The notes beneath the pieces were generated by a model, which was given only the letters and a program-made list of their open reading frames with translations, was not told the DNA's origin and did no database searches. Positions 28,040 through 39,946 of a stretch of 64,000 bases of DNA are shown piece by piece. The first letter of the stretch is position 1, and every line of letters starts with the position of its first letter. The translations under genes and the position numbers were made by a program. This stretch comes from Candidatus Bathyarchaeota archaeon (lineage in GTDB: Archaea > Thermoproteota > Bathyarchaeia > 40CM-2-53-6 > RBG-13-38-9), in NCBI GenBank assembly GCA_963807605.1, contig CAWECG010000005.1, forward strand, positions 11,761 through 75,760, in the 5' to 3' direction.

Positions 28040-30679
28040 GTGAAGTATCTTACATGTGAACAAAGCAGGGGATTTTCGATAGCGGTCAAGGAATACATAA
28101 ATGAATTGTCAAGAAGACACGAATATCTTTACGCGGCAGCAAGTCTCTTAATCGTTACTTCGCTGGTGTATGGAGTAATAGTCTTCTTTGGCTTTAGTCT
28201 TTCTGCTGCCACATATAACCCTGGCGTCACGTCCTCCGGACCTTATAGCTATGAAGGAAGACGTATCGGGATGCTCCCTGTTGTAGATCCAGCTGCTGAG
28301 GGGTACCAGACCCTACCTTTAAAAAAGTTAGTGATGCAGTACATACTTCGCGGTAAACTTCCGCTGTGGAATCCTTATCTAGCTGCCGGCACGCCACTTG
28401 CAGCAGACACTTCTTTCAGCGCTTATGCGCCTCTTCAATTTCTCAGTTTCCTTCCAAACCAGCTTTGGGATTTGCTCACTCTTACCAACTTCTGGCTTGC
28501 AGGCTTCTTCATGTTCATTTTTCTCAGAGGCCTCAAATTGAGCAAACACAGCGCCTTCGCCGGAGCTGTTTTTTATATGTTATCAGGATCATTCACATTG
28601 TACCCAAATATGTCTTGGATAAATGTGATCGTTTTTACTCCGCTTCTCTTGTTTTACACTGAAAAACTTGCTCAGAGAGCTTGCATAGAATACATCACTC
28701 TGACTAGTATAGTTGTAGCTATTTGCATTCTAGGCGGATTCCTAGAAGTGATAGCTCTCCAACTCACACTAGCAGTTCTCTATTTACTCTTCAGAACCTT
28801 CGAAGCTCGAAGAGAACATTTTTGGAAAGCTCCTGTTGCATTCACATCATCACTTATCCTAGGTTTTGGGTTATCCGCATTTTTCACGATACCAATCTTG
28901 GAATATATTTCATACTCATTTAATGCGCATAGCACAGGAATTGGTTTAGCAGCCGCTCCAGCCCTCATTGCAATCACTTATTTCATCCCATATTTCATAG
29001 GTGGAGTACAATCTTATTGGACAGAAGCATTTCGCGCAACAGGGAATCCTTGGGATATAGTTACTGGCTATGTGGGTGTTACCTGTTTATTTCTGTTGTC
29101 GCTTGGAGTGATATCATTGTTTAATAAGAAGTGCAAGATAGAAAATAAGCGTCTTGTTATCTTCTTTATGATTGCGGGAATAGTTGCTCTGCTCAAAACA
29201 TTTGGAGCCCCGCTGGTCAATTGGGTCGGTTATCTTCCAGTCCTAGACCGAGTATTATTTCCTCGATACTCTGGGACGATATGGGTTTTTTGTTTCGCTG
29301 CGACTGCAGCTTATGGCGTGGAGGCACTCACCTCACACCAGACAAGGCTCAAACATGTCTTGATGGCTTCTGCAGTGACCATTTTGACCGTGATATTTCT
29401 TGTCTCCTTTAATATTCCATTTTTCGTCGATGTAGCCTCGATCGCGTACTATTATCCTTCTTGGAGATTATTGGAAGGTTTTCTGTTTCTATTCGCGATC
29501 ACAATGTGTTCTACAAAAATTTGCCAGAAGCAAGACTCGAGCCAGTTCCTTGGCTTAGCGAGTATCATCATACTTGAAATGTCCTTGCATATTCCTCTGG
29601 CTCTACCTTATTCCTTCGAAGCGTGCCGTTCTCTATTTATTCTCTCGATGACATTATGCTTAGCTGGGTGGATTTTAACAAGCGATATACACTTCACGTT
29701 TTCTCTGAGAGGCGTCAGAGTTTCAAGAACCGTCATCATGATTTTCATCCTCTCCGTCGCTTTGTTTGGTCAGATGATTATAGCTGCCACTAGTCCCTTC
29801 GGCCTACCACGACAATACGATGCCTTTAAGACAGCTCCTTATCTTCAGTTTCTAGGTGAAAATGCAGGATTTTCAAGAGTGTATTCACTTGACGGCGTAC
29901 TTGCTCCGAACTTCGCAGGCGTTTTCGGATTATATCATATAGGGATAATGTCAGGCATCAATATCAATTCATTCCATAGTTTCGTACTCAATAATCTTGA
30001 TTCACGATCTGTTACACCAATGTTTACGGGCGCATTTAGATTACCTGGTACCAGCTCTGTTGATGAGCTGAGGACTAACGAAAGGTTCTATAGTTTTCTC
30101 GGTGTCAAATATGTAGTTACAAATGGTACAGATCTATCTCACATGTTTCAGCTTGTCTATAGCGATGGAATCGCTAATATCTACGAGAATCCTAACGTCT
30201 TTCCACGAGCCTTTATAGTTCACAGATACCAAGTGGCTTCTTCCTTTGAAGAAGCCCAAGACATACTAAAGAATCCGAATTTCAACCTAAGAGAGAAGGT
30301 TATTTTGGAAGGAAGCTTGCCAGAAATCGGAGTGAATGCTCTGGAACAGACGCCTTTGGCGGACAGCTCCACAGCTAAAATAGAATGTTACGAACCGGAC
30401 AGGGTTTTCATTAAAGCCTTCGCCGAACATCCCGAGATACTAATCCTTACTGATACCTTCTATCCAGGATGGGAGGCACATGTAGACGGAGTGCCAACAA
30501 CCATCTACCGAGTAGACGGTCTTGTGAGAGCTGTATATCTGAGCAAGGGAGAACACACGGTAGAATTCATCTACTTCCCTGAATCGTTTAAAATTGGTTT
30601 AACGATTAGTGTCATCTCGGCTATCACCTTGATTATGCTGCTACTCATCGACAAATTCAAGTTGCAAAAATATGCTTGA
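28040..30679 (+). CDS. YfhO-family polytopic membrane protein (GT-C-like)
   Basis: LPLWNPY..AG.PL.A near the N-terminus; C-terminal YEN...PRAF, L.LTDT.YPGW.A.VDG, RAV.L..G.H.VEF.Y.P. Confidence 0.85.
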   Translation: MKYLTCEQSRGFSIAVKEYINELSRRHEYLYAAASLLIVTSLVYGVIVFFGFSLSAATYNPGVTSSGPYSYEGRRIGMLPVVDPAAEGYQTLPLKKLVMQYILRGKLPLWNPYLAAGTPLAADTSFSAYAPLQFLSFLPNQLWDLLTLTNFWLAGFFMFIFLRGLKLSKHSAFAGAVFYMLSGSFTLYPNMSWINVIVFTPLLLFYTEKLAQRACIEYITLTSIVVAICILGGFLEVIALQLTLAVLYLLFRTFEARREHFWKAPVAFTSSLILGFGLSAFFTIPILEYISYSFNAHSTGIGLAAAPALIAITYFIPYFIGGVQSYWTEAFRATGNPWDIVTGYVGVTCLFLLSLGVISLFNKKCKIENKRLVIFFMIAGIVALLKTFGAPLVNWVGYLPVLDRVLFPRYSGTIWVFCFAATAAYGVEALTSHQTRLKHVLMASAVTILTVIFLVSFNIPFFVDVASIAYYYPSWRLLEGFLFLFAITMCSTKICQKQDSSQFLGLASIIILEMSLHIPLALPYSFEACRSLFILSMTLCLAGWILTSDIHFTFSLRGVRVSRTVIMIFILSVALFGQMIIAATSPFGLPRQYDAFKTAPYLQFLGENAGFSRVYSLDGVLAPNFAGVFGLYHIGIMSGININSFHSFVLNNLDSRSVTPMFTGAFRLPGTSSVDELRTNERFYSFLGVKYVVTNGTDLSHMFQLVYSDGIANIYENPNVFPRAFIVHRYQVASSFEEAQDILKNPNFNLREKVILEGSLPEIGVNALEQTPLADSSTAKIECYEPDRVFIKAFAEHPEILILTDTFYPGWEAHVDGVPTTIYRVDGLVRAVYLSKGEHTVEFIYFPESFKIGLTISVISAITLIMLLLIDKFKLQKYA

Positions 30680-30805
30680 GGTTCTAGAGGCGGAAGGCAA
30701 ATAATTAGATCTTGCTATAATCCGATAAATGATCTCACCCGTTTGCTTATCACATACAGGATGCTGTAACGATTTTAGTTCGGCGCTTGGACACTATTCA
30801 ACGTT

Positions 30806-31278
30806 GCGCGCGAGACCAGGAGTATCCCTTCCAAGATTGTTATCATAAGCGACATATATCAGTACAGTCCATTGTCTGGAAGGAGGATTTGGGGCAAAAT
30901 TGGCGGTTAGTGTTCCAGGCCCATTCACAGTCAAAGTAGTCGGACTTACTGTCAAGCTCGTAACACTAAGCATTCCGGATACAGAGCAAGAAGTAAAGTG
31001 ATAATTTGTTGGCGGATTGGCCGTAATAGTCACCGTGTTACCGTAGTTTGGAGGCAGACTTCCCTCCCATCGCGTTTGACCATGCGTATAGGTGTTGCTG
31101 CTACCATGTGATCGATCGACCACTGGAAGGATTCGTATTGGTGATACCAGAGCTGCATACTCTCCAATAATCCAACCGTTCCCATTCACATCCATCGTTG
31201 TAGGATTCGCGGCAACGTTCGGAACATAAACCCTTGTTGGCTAGCTTCCACCACCAGGATTCCGGTTATCATATGTCC
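30806..31278 (-). pseudogene. Internal fragment of a secreted/surface protein (InlB-B-repeat-like unit followed by the start of a clostripain C11-like domain)
   Basis: YGNTVTITANPPTNYHF...TLTANF then WTVLIYVAYDNNL; in-frame stop upstream; bounded by GCGCGC motifs at both ends. Confidence 0.65.
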
Positions 31279-31490
31279 AGCGCGCGCTTGCCAAATTATG
31301 AGAATAGGCTCAAGAAAACACCGATTATTTTGTAGCGACCGCAGCAAATGTCCAAATATTTTCTGGCCATTCATCAGATATGACTACTAGGTCTAAGATC
31401 TGGTGGTGTCCCAACAATTTTTAGGATAATAGCTATCGACATCAGTCTCATCAATTAGGACGGAACTGAAAAGCATATTTCTGCACCCGC

Positions 31491-33260
31491 TTACTTTCTC
31501 CCCTCTTGTTGTCTTTTTGGATCAGTAGCTACCTCTCCCAAGATATTGACGCGCGCGTACGTAAACGAATCTTGTGATTGCGAAATCGAGTATAAGGTGG
31601 GCTTTGCATAAATCCTGATGTTCATCAGGCCTGCATCGGTACTAAGCAGGGTCTGCAGCTTCGAGAAATCCATGCGTGCTAGGCTAGGTGCGTCGAAGAA
31701 GTTGATCATGGGCATGTCATTCCTAAAGCTAGCTATAAGAATCATTTGAGAGATGCATGACGTGATTCGTCCATATTGCGAGCTCACGCTGGCCAAGTAA
31801 TCCAGGACAACAAAGTCTGCATGATCGATTCCATCAATGGCGCGCTCGGATGGATCATCAAAGGTTACGTTGATATTCTTCTCACTTAGTCTCAGATATG
31901 TGAGCAATACTTCTTGAGTCTTTATCCAGACGGAGGCTCCTTCAGGAACATGCGCCAAGATGAATTCCGCCGCGTTCCGATATCCAGAGTGTGGGTTTGT
32001 TACGACAGACAGGGAGGACGGCAGGATTGTGACAATCAGACTAATGACGAGGATTGTCTTTGATACCCGTCCGAACCTGTGAGTCCTGAAATGAACCTGA
32101 CCAAGCTTGTCTATCTCTCTCGCAAGCGACACTGTACCACGAGCTGAGAGTATTGCAATTGGCACCAGTGCCGGAAGAATTACGCGAGCGTATGGTGGCC
32201 ATAAAGACGAGAAATACACAAAAAATGTGGAGAACCATATAATTAGGAGGATGTCGTCAACGCTCCTCTTGACTATCCCCCTTGCACCACCCACCACAGC
32301 AAGTGCTAGAACTGGGACGGCAACAGAACCTAGTAGGACTCTCAAATAGAAATCAGCGGTCACAAAGGGTTGGAGGTTGTTTATCATTGCTTTTGTCGGC
32401 AAAACCACGTCATTTAGGAAGATGAATCCGTGAGCGACTCGTGATGGAATGTTTAACATCATAGCAAGGAAGGCATTCAAATCTGTGTAGGGGAATGGTT
32501 CGGCGATGTAAGCTAGAAACAGCAATACGAATACGAAGAAGGGGGCAGCTGACAGCCAAAGTCCAGAAATTGCTCGCGCTAATCGTCGACTCGCACGTGT
32601 AACGAGCATATGAATATGGAGGCCGTTCTTCCAACTATCTGAAACCGCGAAGATTGGTAGGAAAACCAAGATTACGATTAACGCTTGGAAGCCATAATAC
32701 TTGGTCGCAGTTGCCAGAGCTAGCAGAATCCCCCCCATCAAATAGATTGAGTTCTTTTGCTTGGCAATGGCCTGCGCGTATACGAAGATCGTGCAACTGA
32801 CGAACAATGTGAAGACCATGTCGGCTAGTGCCATTCTAGCGAAGAGAAGAAAAAAACCAGTGCTCGTCAGGATGGTGGTAGCGACTGCGGCTGTTGTCAA
32901 ATCATATGTGTTCCTAGTCCACACAAACGTCACAATGCACAAGAGGAGCGCTGCTATGCCAGATGTCGCCACTGCCACGTAATCATGCACTCCGAACATT
33001 CTAAACATGATCGACACGATCAAAGAGAAGAGACCCGGATCGTAGAACAAAAAGATCCCTCGCCCGAGGCCGCCGAAAGCAAGTGCAGACTCAACCCAGT
33101 AGAATTCATCCCAATGACAGAGACCATTCGCCGCGAAATTCCAGAAAATCATTAGGCCAGCCAGAACAAAAGGGCCGGCTACGCAGGAGATCTCAATTAA
33201 GGAAGACCTTTGAGTAATCACAACCCACCGGCTTCGAAAATCCCTTCGCATGTCAACCAC
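31491..33260 (-). CDS. ArnT/PMT-like (GT39/GT83) GT-C glycosyltransferase
   Basis: WDE..Y-type motif, ARMALADM, LATATKY, ARVILP.L; about 12 TM plus an external domain. Confidence 0.82.
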   Translation of the reverse strand: MVDMRRDFRSRWVVITQRSSLIEISCVAGPFVLAGLMIFWNFAANGLCHWDEFYWVESALAFGGLGRGIFLFYDPGLFSLIVSIMFRMFGVHDYVAVATSGIAALLLCIVTFVWTRNTYDLTTAAVATTILTSTGFFLLFARMALADMVFTLFVSCTIFVYAQAIAKQKNSIYLMGGILLALATATKYYGFQALIVILVFLPIFAVSDSWKNGLHIHMLVTRASRRLARAISGLWLSAAPFFVFVLLFLAYIAEPFPYTDLNAFLAMMLNIPSRVAHGFIFLNDVVLPTKAMINNLQPFVTADFYLRVLLGSVAVPVLALAVVGGARGIVKRSVDDILLIIWFSTFFVYFSSLWPPYARVILPALVPIAILSARGTVSLAREIDKLGQVHFRTHRFGRVSKTILVISLIVTILPSSLSVVTNPHSGYRNAAEFILAHVPEGASVWIKTQEVLLTYLRLSEKNINVTFDDPSERAIDGIDHADFVVLDYLASVSSQYGRITSCISQMILIASFRNDMPMINFFDAPSLARMDFSKLQTLLSTDAGLMNIRIYAKPTLYSISQSQDSFTYARVNILGEVATDPKRQQEGRK

Positions 33261-33309
33261 ACACGATCACAAATCCTATTAAATAGGACTAAGGACCGAA
33301 TAGCGCCTT

Positions 33310-34014
33310 GTGCTAATAAAGACGAACGACGGAATCAGATCGCGAGCATTGATACTAACCACTATGAACGAAGCCGAGGGTCTGCATGCTATTTGGGATC
33401 AGATTCCATTTTACCTGTTTACTCGCGTGGTTGTTGTAGATGGTTCGTCGACAGATGGAACTCTTGAATTCCTAGCTGACAAGAGATGTGAGCTATTTTC
33501 TCAGAAATCACCAGGCAGAGGGAATGCGATCAGAGAGGCAATGGATCGTATAACAGAGAAAGTTGTTGTGCTGATGGCTTCCGATGGAAATGACAATCCT
33601 ACATACATACCTCATTTATTATCTAAACTTGAAGAAGGATATGACCTTGTGTCTGGTTCAAGGTTCGCCAAGGGAGGAGAAAGCGATGACAGCGATGATC
33701 CTGTAAGGATAAGAAAACTTGGAAACAGACTGTTCACGATGCTAGTGAACTTCTTCTGGAATGGTCACTTGACTGACGCAGCATACGGTCTAAGAGCTTT
33801 CCGAACTGAAGCTTGGCGACAGATGAGAGTAAAGGTTGCAAAGAATGAGACGGAATTTCTTATGAGCATCCGTGGAGCAAAGCTAAGGCTTCGGACTTGT
33901 CAGATACCTGTTGTTGAAGGAACTCGTCGAGGAGGAAAAGTGAAGGCGAAGACGGTGTTGAACAGGTTATTCGCTACTCAGACTGCTTGTCTCCGAGATT
34001 ATTCGAGGGAATGA
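33310..34014 (+). CDS. DPM1-like GT2 (polyprenol-phosphate glycosyltransferase); probable frameshift near 33960
   Basis: NEA, VDGSSTDGT, SDG, DLVSGSRF, R.LGN, D...G.RAF; the alternative frame TGYSLLRLLVSEII fits the family C-terminus better. Confidence 0.8.
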   Translation: MLIKTNDGIRSRALILTTMNEAEGLHAIWDQIPFYLFTRVVVVDGSSTDGTLEFLADKRCELFSQKSPGRGNAIREAMDRITEKVVVLMASDGNDNPTYIPHLLSKLEEGYDLVSGSRFAKGGESDDSDDPVRIRKLGNRLFTMLVNFFWNGHLTDAAYGLRAFRTEAWRQMRVKVAKNETEFLMSIRGAKLRLRTCQIPVVEGTRRGGKVKAKTVLNRLFATQTACLRDYSRE

Positions 34015-34056
34015 CTTCTAACAATCGTTTTTCCTAACCAAGTGAGGCGTGTCTTA

Positions 34057-35073
34057 CTACCTTCTGTACCATGACACTGCACCCTTGAACGGTGTTTTGA
34101 ACTTGATCTTGTTTTGTGTTATCCATTCTACAGTGAGTCGCAGCCCAACTTCAAGTGGCACTTCAGGCGTCCATTCCAGAAGCTTCTTCGCTTTGGAATT
34201 ATCGCAAATCAGTCTGTTTACATCGAAAGGTCGTACTCTGGAAACATCGTGTTCAAGAGCAAAGTCGGTTTTGATGAGTTGAGCGATCAGTTTCGCTAAT
34301 TCTTGGATTCTTATCTCTGTTCCTGAGCCGATGTTTATTACTTCACCTATCGCAGCCTTACTAAGCGATCCCATCATAATTGCCCGAGCAGTATCTTCTA
34401 CAAAGGTAAAGTCCCTTGAACTTTCCGCATTTCCCAATCTGAGACACCCCTTGCCTTCGAGTAGTTGAATCGTTATCTCTGGAATTATGTATGGTTGAGT
34501 TATTCTTGGACCGTAGCTGTTGAAAGGTCTGAGAATCACTACAGGGAAATCCTGTTCTTTATGCAACGTGAATACTGCTCTGTCTGCAGCAAGCTTACTG
34601 ACAGCATATGTAGAGTGAGGTTGAGTAGGATGGTTCTCATCCATAGGTATCCTTTGCGCAGTCCCATAGACCTCTGATGATGAGACGTACACGAAACGCT
34701 CCACGCATTCTGAGTTGATGGCTTGCCACAAGAGGTTTAGGGAGCCTTCGGTGTTCACCCTGAAGAATTCCTGTGGGTTGACGAAGGAATCCGGTATGAA
34801 AGGCAGAGCTGCAAGATGATATACGATTTCATGATCTTTTATGCACCGCGAAACCTTGTGCTTGTCGCAAATGTCCACGTTCGCAATCTTCACGGGCAGA
34901 TCTCTGATATACTCCTTCTTACCCGATGCAAAATTATCTAGAACCGTCACCTTGGAGCCGACGCTTACCAATTGTCTCGTGAGCGCAGATCCAATAAATC
35001 CTGCTCCGCCCGTCACAAGAACTCGGCGATCTATCAACTGCTTATATGACATAGAGACTCGCGAGTTGGTCAA
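34057..35073 (-). CDS. NAD-dependent nucleotide-sugar 4,6-dehydratase/epimerase
   Basis: GGAGFIG, HLAA, SSSEVYG, YAVSK, RPFNSYGP. Confidence 0.9.
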   Translation of the reverse strand: MTNSRVSMSYKQLIDRRVLVTGGAGFIGSALTRQLVSVGSKVTVLDNFASGKKEYIRDLPVKIANVDICDKHKVSRCIKDHEIVYHLAALPFIPDSFVNPQEFFRVNTEGSLNLLWQAINSECVERFVYVSSSEVYGTAQRIPMDENHPTQPHSTYAVSKLAADRAVFTLHKEQDFPVVILRPFNSYGPRITQPYIIPEITIQLLEGKGCLRLGNAESSRDFTFVEDTARAIMMGSLSKAAIGEVINIGSGTEIRIQELAKLIAQLIKTDFALEHDVSRVRPFDVNRLICDNSKAKKLLEWTPEVPLEVGLRLTVEWITQNKIKFKTPFKGAVSWYRR

Positions 35074-35105
35074 CTTCCAACTATTTATATCTACTCACGC
35101 TATCA

Positions 35106-35852
35106 TTGAAATTGACAATCCGACAGGAACAGGATGCAATGCGCAAGCCAAGTCTAAGATTGTACATCCCAGATCGTGACACACTAGCTGAACTCAGGGT
35201 TTTCGACAAAGAAAAATTCGCTGACGCCCTATGGGCTTACGTAGATGCCCCATTCATAATCAGGAAATTGTACATAAGTCGACTTTTGAACACACTGAAA
35301 ATGATCCCAGAGAGGGCCTCCCCACGAATCCTAGAAATCGGCGCCGGATCGGGTATCCTGATGTGTTCCTTGAAGGCGGTAGGCGATCTTGTAGTTGGTG
35401 TCGATTCATCTGATCATCTTGCATCTGTTCGACGAATAATGAAGCAATCGGGCTTCGACCTCGATCTGGTTAGGAGCGACGTAACGTATTTGCCTTTTAG
35501 AGAAGGGTCGATTGATTTGACTGTGGGAGTCAGCGTATTGGAGCATGTCCCGCCAGAAAATCTACGTGGTGTCATGGAAGAGATCAATACCGTTCTATCA
35601 TCTTCTGGCTACTTCGTTTTGGGATACCCCATTGAAAGCCTTCTCGTGAGAGTATTCTTCCGAAGCATTGGTTTTGATTTCGTTGCGCATCACAGCTCGA
35701 AGGCGCATGAGATTCGAAAAGCAATGCTAGATGTCTTCGGCAGAATTGTCAAGGAGAAACGGATGCCACTTGGTTGGCTACCTAGCACGGTCTCATTCTA
35801 CGAGACTGTCTTGGTCGGCAAGAGTTTGAATGTTGGACAACTGATTGAGTGA
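35106..35852 (+). CDS. Class I SAM-dependent methyltransferase (start probably ATG at 35139)
   Basis: ILEIGAGSG, GVD, DVTYLPF, SVLEH. Confidence 0.88.
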   Translation: MKLTIRQEQDAMRKPSLRLYIPDRDTLAELRVFDKEKFADALWAYVDAPFIIRKLYISRLLNTLKMIPERASPRILEIGAGSGILMCSLKAVGDLVVGVDSSDHLASVRRIMKQSGFDLDLVRSDVTYLPFREGSIDLTVGVSVLEHVPPENLRGVMEEINTVLSSSGYFVLGYPIESLLVRVFFRSIGFDFVAHHSSKAHEIRKAMLDVFGRIVKEKRMPLGWLPSTVSFYETVLVGKSLNVGQLIE

Positions 35853-36812
<960 letters not shown>

Positions 36813-36856
36813 GCATTCTATACTTACGCAGCCACTCTGCCGAACGATGATGGGCC

Positions 36857-37534
36857 TCATGTGTCGTGAAATCTTTCCCTTAACAGCGCAATAACTGCTT
36901 TCAATCCTTGTGAGACAGCGGGTAGCTTGCTCACGCCTGTCTTCCGTCCTCTGTCCTTGCAGGGAACTTCTGTGATCCGGTATCGGTTCTTCTTGGCCAT
37001 CGCGTAGATGACTGGCTCGTATCCAAATCCAGTCCTCATAAAGTCCAAGTTAAGTATAGCGCTACGTCTGAAGGCGTTGAAACCACAAGTGACATCTGTG
37101 AATGTTGCCATGTAGATTAAATCCGTAAAAAGTGTGAGCACAATGTTCAGGTATTGGCGATGAAACGACATCCTTGGTGAGCCGGCCAAGAACCTTGAGC
37201 CCTTCGCAATATCATTCTTTTTCATAATTGCCTCTACAAACTTCGGAATTTCGGATGGATCTGAAGAGCCATCACTGTCAAGGGTAACTATGATATCGCC
37301 TGTCGCCGCTTCTATTCCCTGGCGCAAGGCAACAGCTTTGCCTCTCCCGCGTTGAATGATCACTTTTGCATCTGAACGGGTTTTCCTCGCTATTTCGAGA
37401 GTTCTGTCTTTGGAGTGACCATCTACAATAATTATTTCGAAGACTGAATCAGGTATATTCTTCAGCGTTTCGTAGATGCTCTTTTCCTCGTTCAGAGTGC
37501 ACACGACCACTGAGACGAGGACAGGGTAATGCAT
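36857..37534 (-). CDS. DPM1-like GT2 glycosyltransferase
   Basis: TLNEE, VDGHSKD.T, GK..AL, DSDGS.DP, KGSRF, TD...G.NAFRR. Confidence 0.88.
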   Translation of the reverse strand: MHYPVLVSVVVCTLNEEKSIYETLKNIPDSVFEIIIVDGHSKDRTLEIARKTRSDAKVIIQRGRGKAVALRQGIEAATGDIIVTLDSDGSSDPSEIPKFVEAIMKKNDIAKGSRFLAGSPRMSFHRQYLNIVLTLFTDLIYMATFTDVTCGFNAFRRSAILNLDFMRTGFGYEPVIYAMAKKNRYRITEVPCKDRGRKTGVSKLPAVSQGLKAVIALLRERFHDT

Positions 37535-37605
37535 GGGTCAGCACTTCAGAATCAGATTGCCAACTCCAGTCTCCCTGGGTAGCAAGAAGTCACAGAATTC
37601 ATTAA

Positions 37606-38910
37606 TTATGCATCCAGCGAGCCTCTACCTATGCCCACGACTCTGAAGTATCCTATTGTTTTACCTCTTTCCAGAAGATTTTGTGTGTCAAGCACTAGAG
37701 GATTCCTTATGAGCTTTCTCAGTCTTTCGAAATCAAGGTCACCGAATTCAGGTAAGTCGTTCATGATGACTATTGCATCTGCATTCTCGCAAGTTGCATA
37801 GGCATCTTCGCACAGAAGAAAGGTCTTTGACTCCAAGTCAGACTTTGAAACGTTGGGATCGAAAGCCTTGACGAAGGCTCCTTTCTGTTGCATGTCTCTG
37901 ATGATTTCAAGAGCGGCAGATCTCCTTAGAGTACTGGTTCCTGACTTGTATGTGAGTCCCAGCACAGCTATGCGTTTACCACTCAGTTCGCCTACCAGTT
38001 GCTCGAGCCTATCTATAATTGATGCGTTTTGCCTCTCGTTGACATCAAGGACCGCATCGATGAGGTCGGTATTGCATCCGTATTCTCCTGCCTTCTCCTG
38101 TAGAATTCTCAGATCACGCGCCAATGTTCCGCCAGAGAATCCAAGACCCGGCTTAAGCAAAGCCTTTGGGCCGATTCTGGAATCTGATTTTAGTGCCTCC
38201 GCTATCTTCAGGGCGTCGGCCCCGACTAAGTCGCAGATGTTTCCTACTTCGTTAGCAAAACTGATCGATGTAGCCAAGAACGCGTTGAGAGCGTGTTTGG
38301 TCATCTCAGCAGAGATCAGATCCATCTCAAAAAATTTTGTCTCTATGGGTGAGAAGAGCGCCCGGGCCTTAGCCGTTGCTGCTGGGTTGTCGCTACCTAT
38401 TACTATCATCTCGGGCTTCATGAAGCGCTCAACAGCCTGACCGAGTCTCAAGTTCTCTGGAACATAAGCCAAATTAGCTTCCCTAGAACTCCTGCAGAGT
38501 AGCGAAGCCATTTTCTTGCATGTTCCAACTGGAACTTGGCTGCTAACAATGATCGTTGGATTCGACGCGATCTCCTTGAGTCTTTCGGCGGTTTGGAGAA
38601 TAACTGAAGGATCGACTCTGTCTTTGACATCGAGGGGTGTGTCGTAGGCAATCACTACATAGTCGGCCATTTCAACTGCTTCTTGCAAGGAGTTGACAAA
38701 AACCAGATTACCCCGGTTCACACCGTCCGCCAAAAGGCGGTCTAGACCGGGCTCAGATATCGGAGGTTTGCCCATCCTCAAGTCTTTGAGAGTTCTGCTA
38801 CTATCATCTGTTCCTCGTACTACATAACCTAAACTAGCGAGACAGGCCGAGTAAACGCACCCCATGTGCCACAGCCCTACAACGCATACACGCACATCAG
38901 TTGTTCTCAA
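37606..38910 (-). CDS. UDP-glucose/GDP-mannose dehydrogenase family protein lacking the usual catalytic Cys
   Basis: VVGLWHMG, EPGL, PE.LR.G, AE..K...NAFLA..ISF.NE, LGLTYK; GFSGGTLARD in place of GFGGSC.PKD. Confidence 0.88.
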   Translation of the reverse strand: MRTTDVRVCVVGLWHMGCVYSACLASLGYVVRGTDDSSRTLKDLRMGKPPISEPGLDRLLADGVNRGNLVFVNSLQEAVEMADYVVIAYDTPLDVKDRVDPSVILQTAERLKEIASNPTIIVSSQVPVGTCKKMASLLCRSSREANLAYVPENLRLGQAVERFMKPEMIVIGSDNPAATAKARALFSPIETKFFEMDLISAEMTKHALNAFLATSISFANEVGNICDLVGADALKIAEALKSDSRIGPKALLKPGLGFSGGTLARDLRILQEKAGEYGCNTDLIDAVLDVNERQNASIIDRLEQLVGELSGKRIAVLGLTYKSGTSTLRRSAALEIIRDMQQKGAFVKAFDPNVSKSDLESKTFLLCEDAYATCENADAIVIMNDLPEFGDLDFERLRKLIRNPLVLDTQNLLERGKTIGYFRVVGIGRGSLDA

Positions 38911-38953
38911 ATCCTATCTTCCGCCAGTCGTGATCAATCAAGAGATTCTATAA

Positions 38954-39841
38954 ATGATAGAAACGCTCATAAATTGTTTGCATTACGATCGGTGCCGAAT
39001 AATGTCGCTAGAGAAAAAAGTTTGTTTGATTACTGGTGCTGGAAGAGGAATTGGGGGTAGCATAGCCATAGCGTTTGCGCAGCAAGGCGCAACTCTTGCC
39101 CTGTGCTCCAGAACCCTTGAGGAAGTCGAGAGGGTTGCACAACGGACTAGGGCGATTGGCAGCTTCACAATGGCCTTCAGAACTGACGTGTCTGATTTTG
39201 ATCAGATCTCAGAAACCGTATCAGAGATTGTCTCCCGTCTTGGGAAGATCGATGTCTTGATAAACAACGCTGGAATCTATGGGCCAATAGGCCCGATATG
39301 GAGAAACGACATAACTCAATGGAAAGAAACAATTGAGACCAATCTGTTTGGAACAGCACACTGCATCAAAGCAGTCGTTCCACACATGATCCGAGCTCGA
39401 AAGGGTAAGATCATCAACATCGCAGGCGGGGGGGAGGGGGCCTTCCCTAGATTCAGTTCCTACGCGTGTTCGAAGAGCGCGGTGGTAAGACTAACTGAGA
39501 CTTTGGCAGATGAACTAAAGGAATTCGATATACAGGTTAATGCAATTGCACCTGGCGCAGTAAACACAAGATTCCTGGATCAAATCTTGAAGGCGGGAGA
39601 AGACGCAGGAGCTCATTATGAGAAAGCCAAAAAACAGAAGGCTACTGGAGGTGTGCCGCCAGAAAAAACGGCCGATCTCGCGGTTTACCTAGCATCCAAT
39701 GCTTCAAAGGATTTGACGGGCAGATTACTCAGTGCTGTTTGGGACAGTTGGCAGAAACTTGACATTGCCAAGATAGAAGGTACAGCCCTTTATCAAGTCC
39801 GGCGAATAGATGGAGTTCGATTCTTTGAGTCGAAAGGATAA
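38954..39841 (+). CDS. SDR-family oxidoreductase (start probably ATG at 39002)
   Basis: TGAGRGIG, NNAG, YACSK, VNAIAPG. Confidence 0.9.
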   Translation: MIETLINCLHYDRCRIMSLEKKVCLITGAGRGIGGSIAIAFAQQGATLALCSRTLEEVERVAQRTRAIGSFTMAFRTDVSDFDQISETVSEIVSRLGKIDVLINNAGIYGPIGPIWRNDITQWKETIETNLFGTAHCIKAVVPHMIRARKGKIINIAGGGEGAFPRFSSYACSKSAVVRLTETLADELKEFDIQVNAIAPGAVNTRFLDQILKAGEDAGAHYEKAKKQKATGGVPPEKTADLAVYLASNASKDLTGRLLSAVWDSWQKLDIAKIEGTALYQVRRIDGVRFFESKG

Positions 39842-39946
39842 GCTTGAGAACTGAACTCCTAAAGGCGTGGAGTCTAGCACGTGTATGAAGTGATCGCCAA
39901 GTTCATCACAATCTGAAAATGATTCCGCATATACGAAGTTAAAATT

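Noticed and set aside
12570-31558. GC motifs as cloning or restriction-site (BssHII/AscI) artefacts
   Set aside because: Variable length, decayed variants, frame preservation in intact genes and a later IS insertion into one site argue against this, although it is not fully excluded without reads.
37853-38440. 195-aa antisense ORF and other short antisense ORFs in the track
   Set aside because: They are shadows of well-supported genes on the opposite strand and have no motifs of their own.
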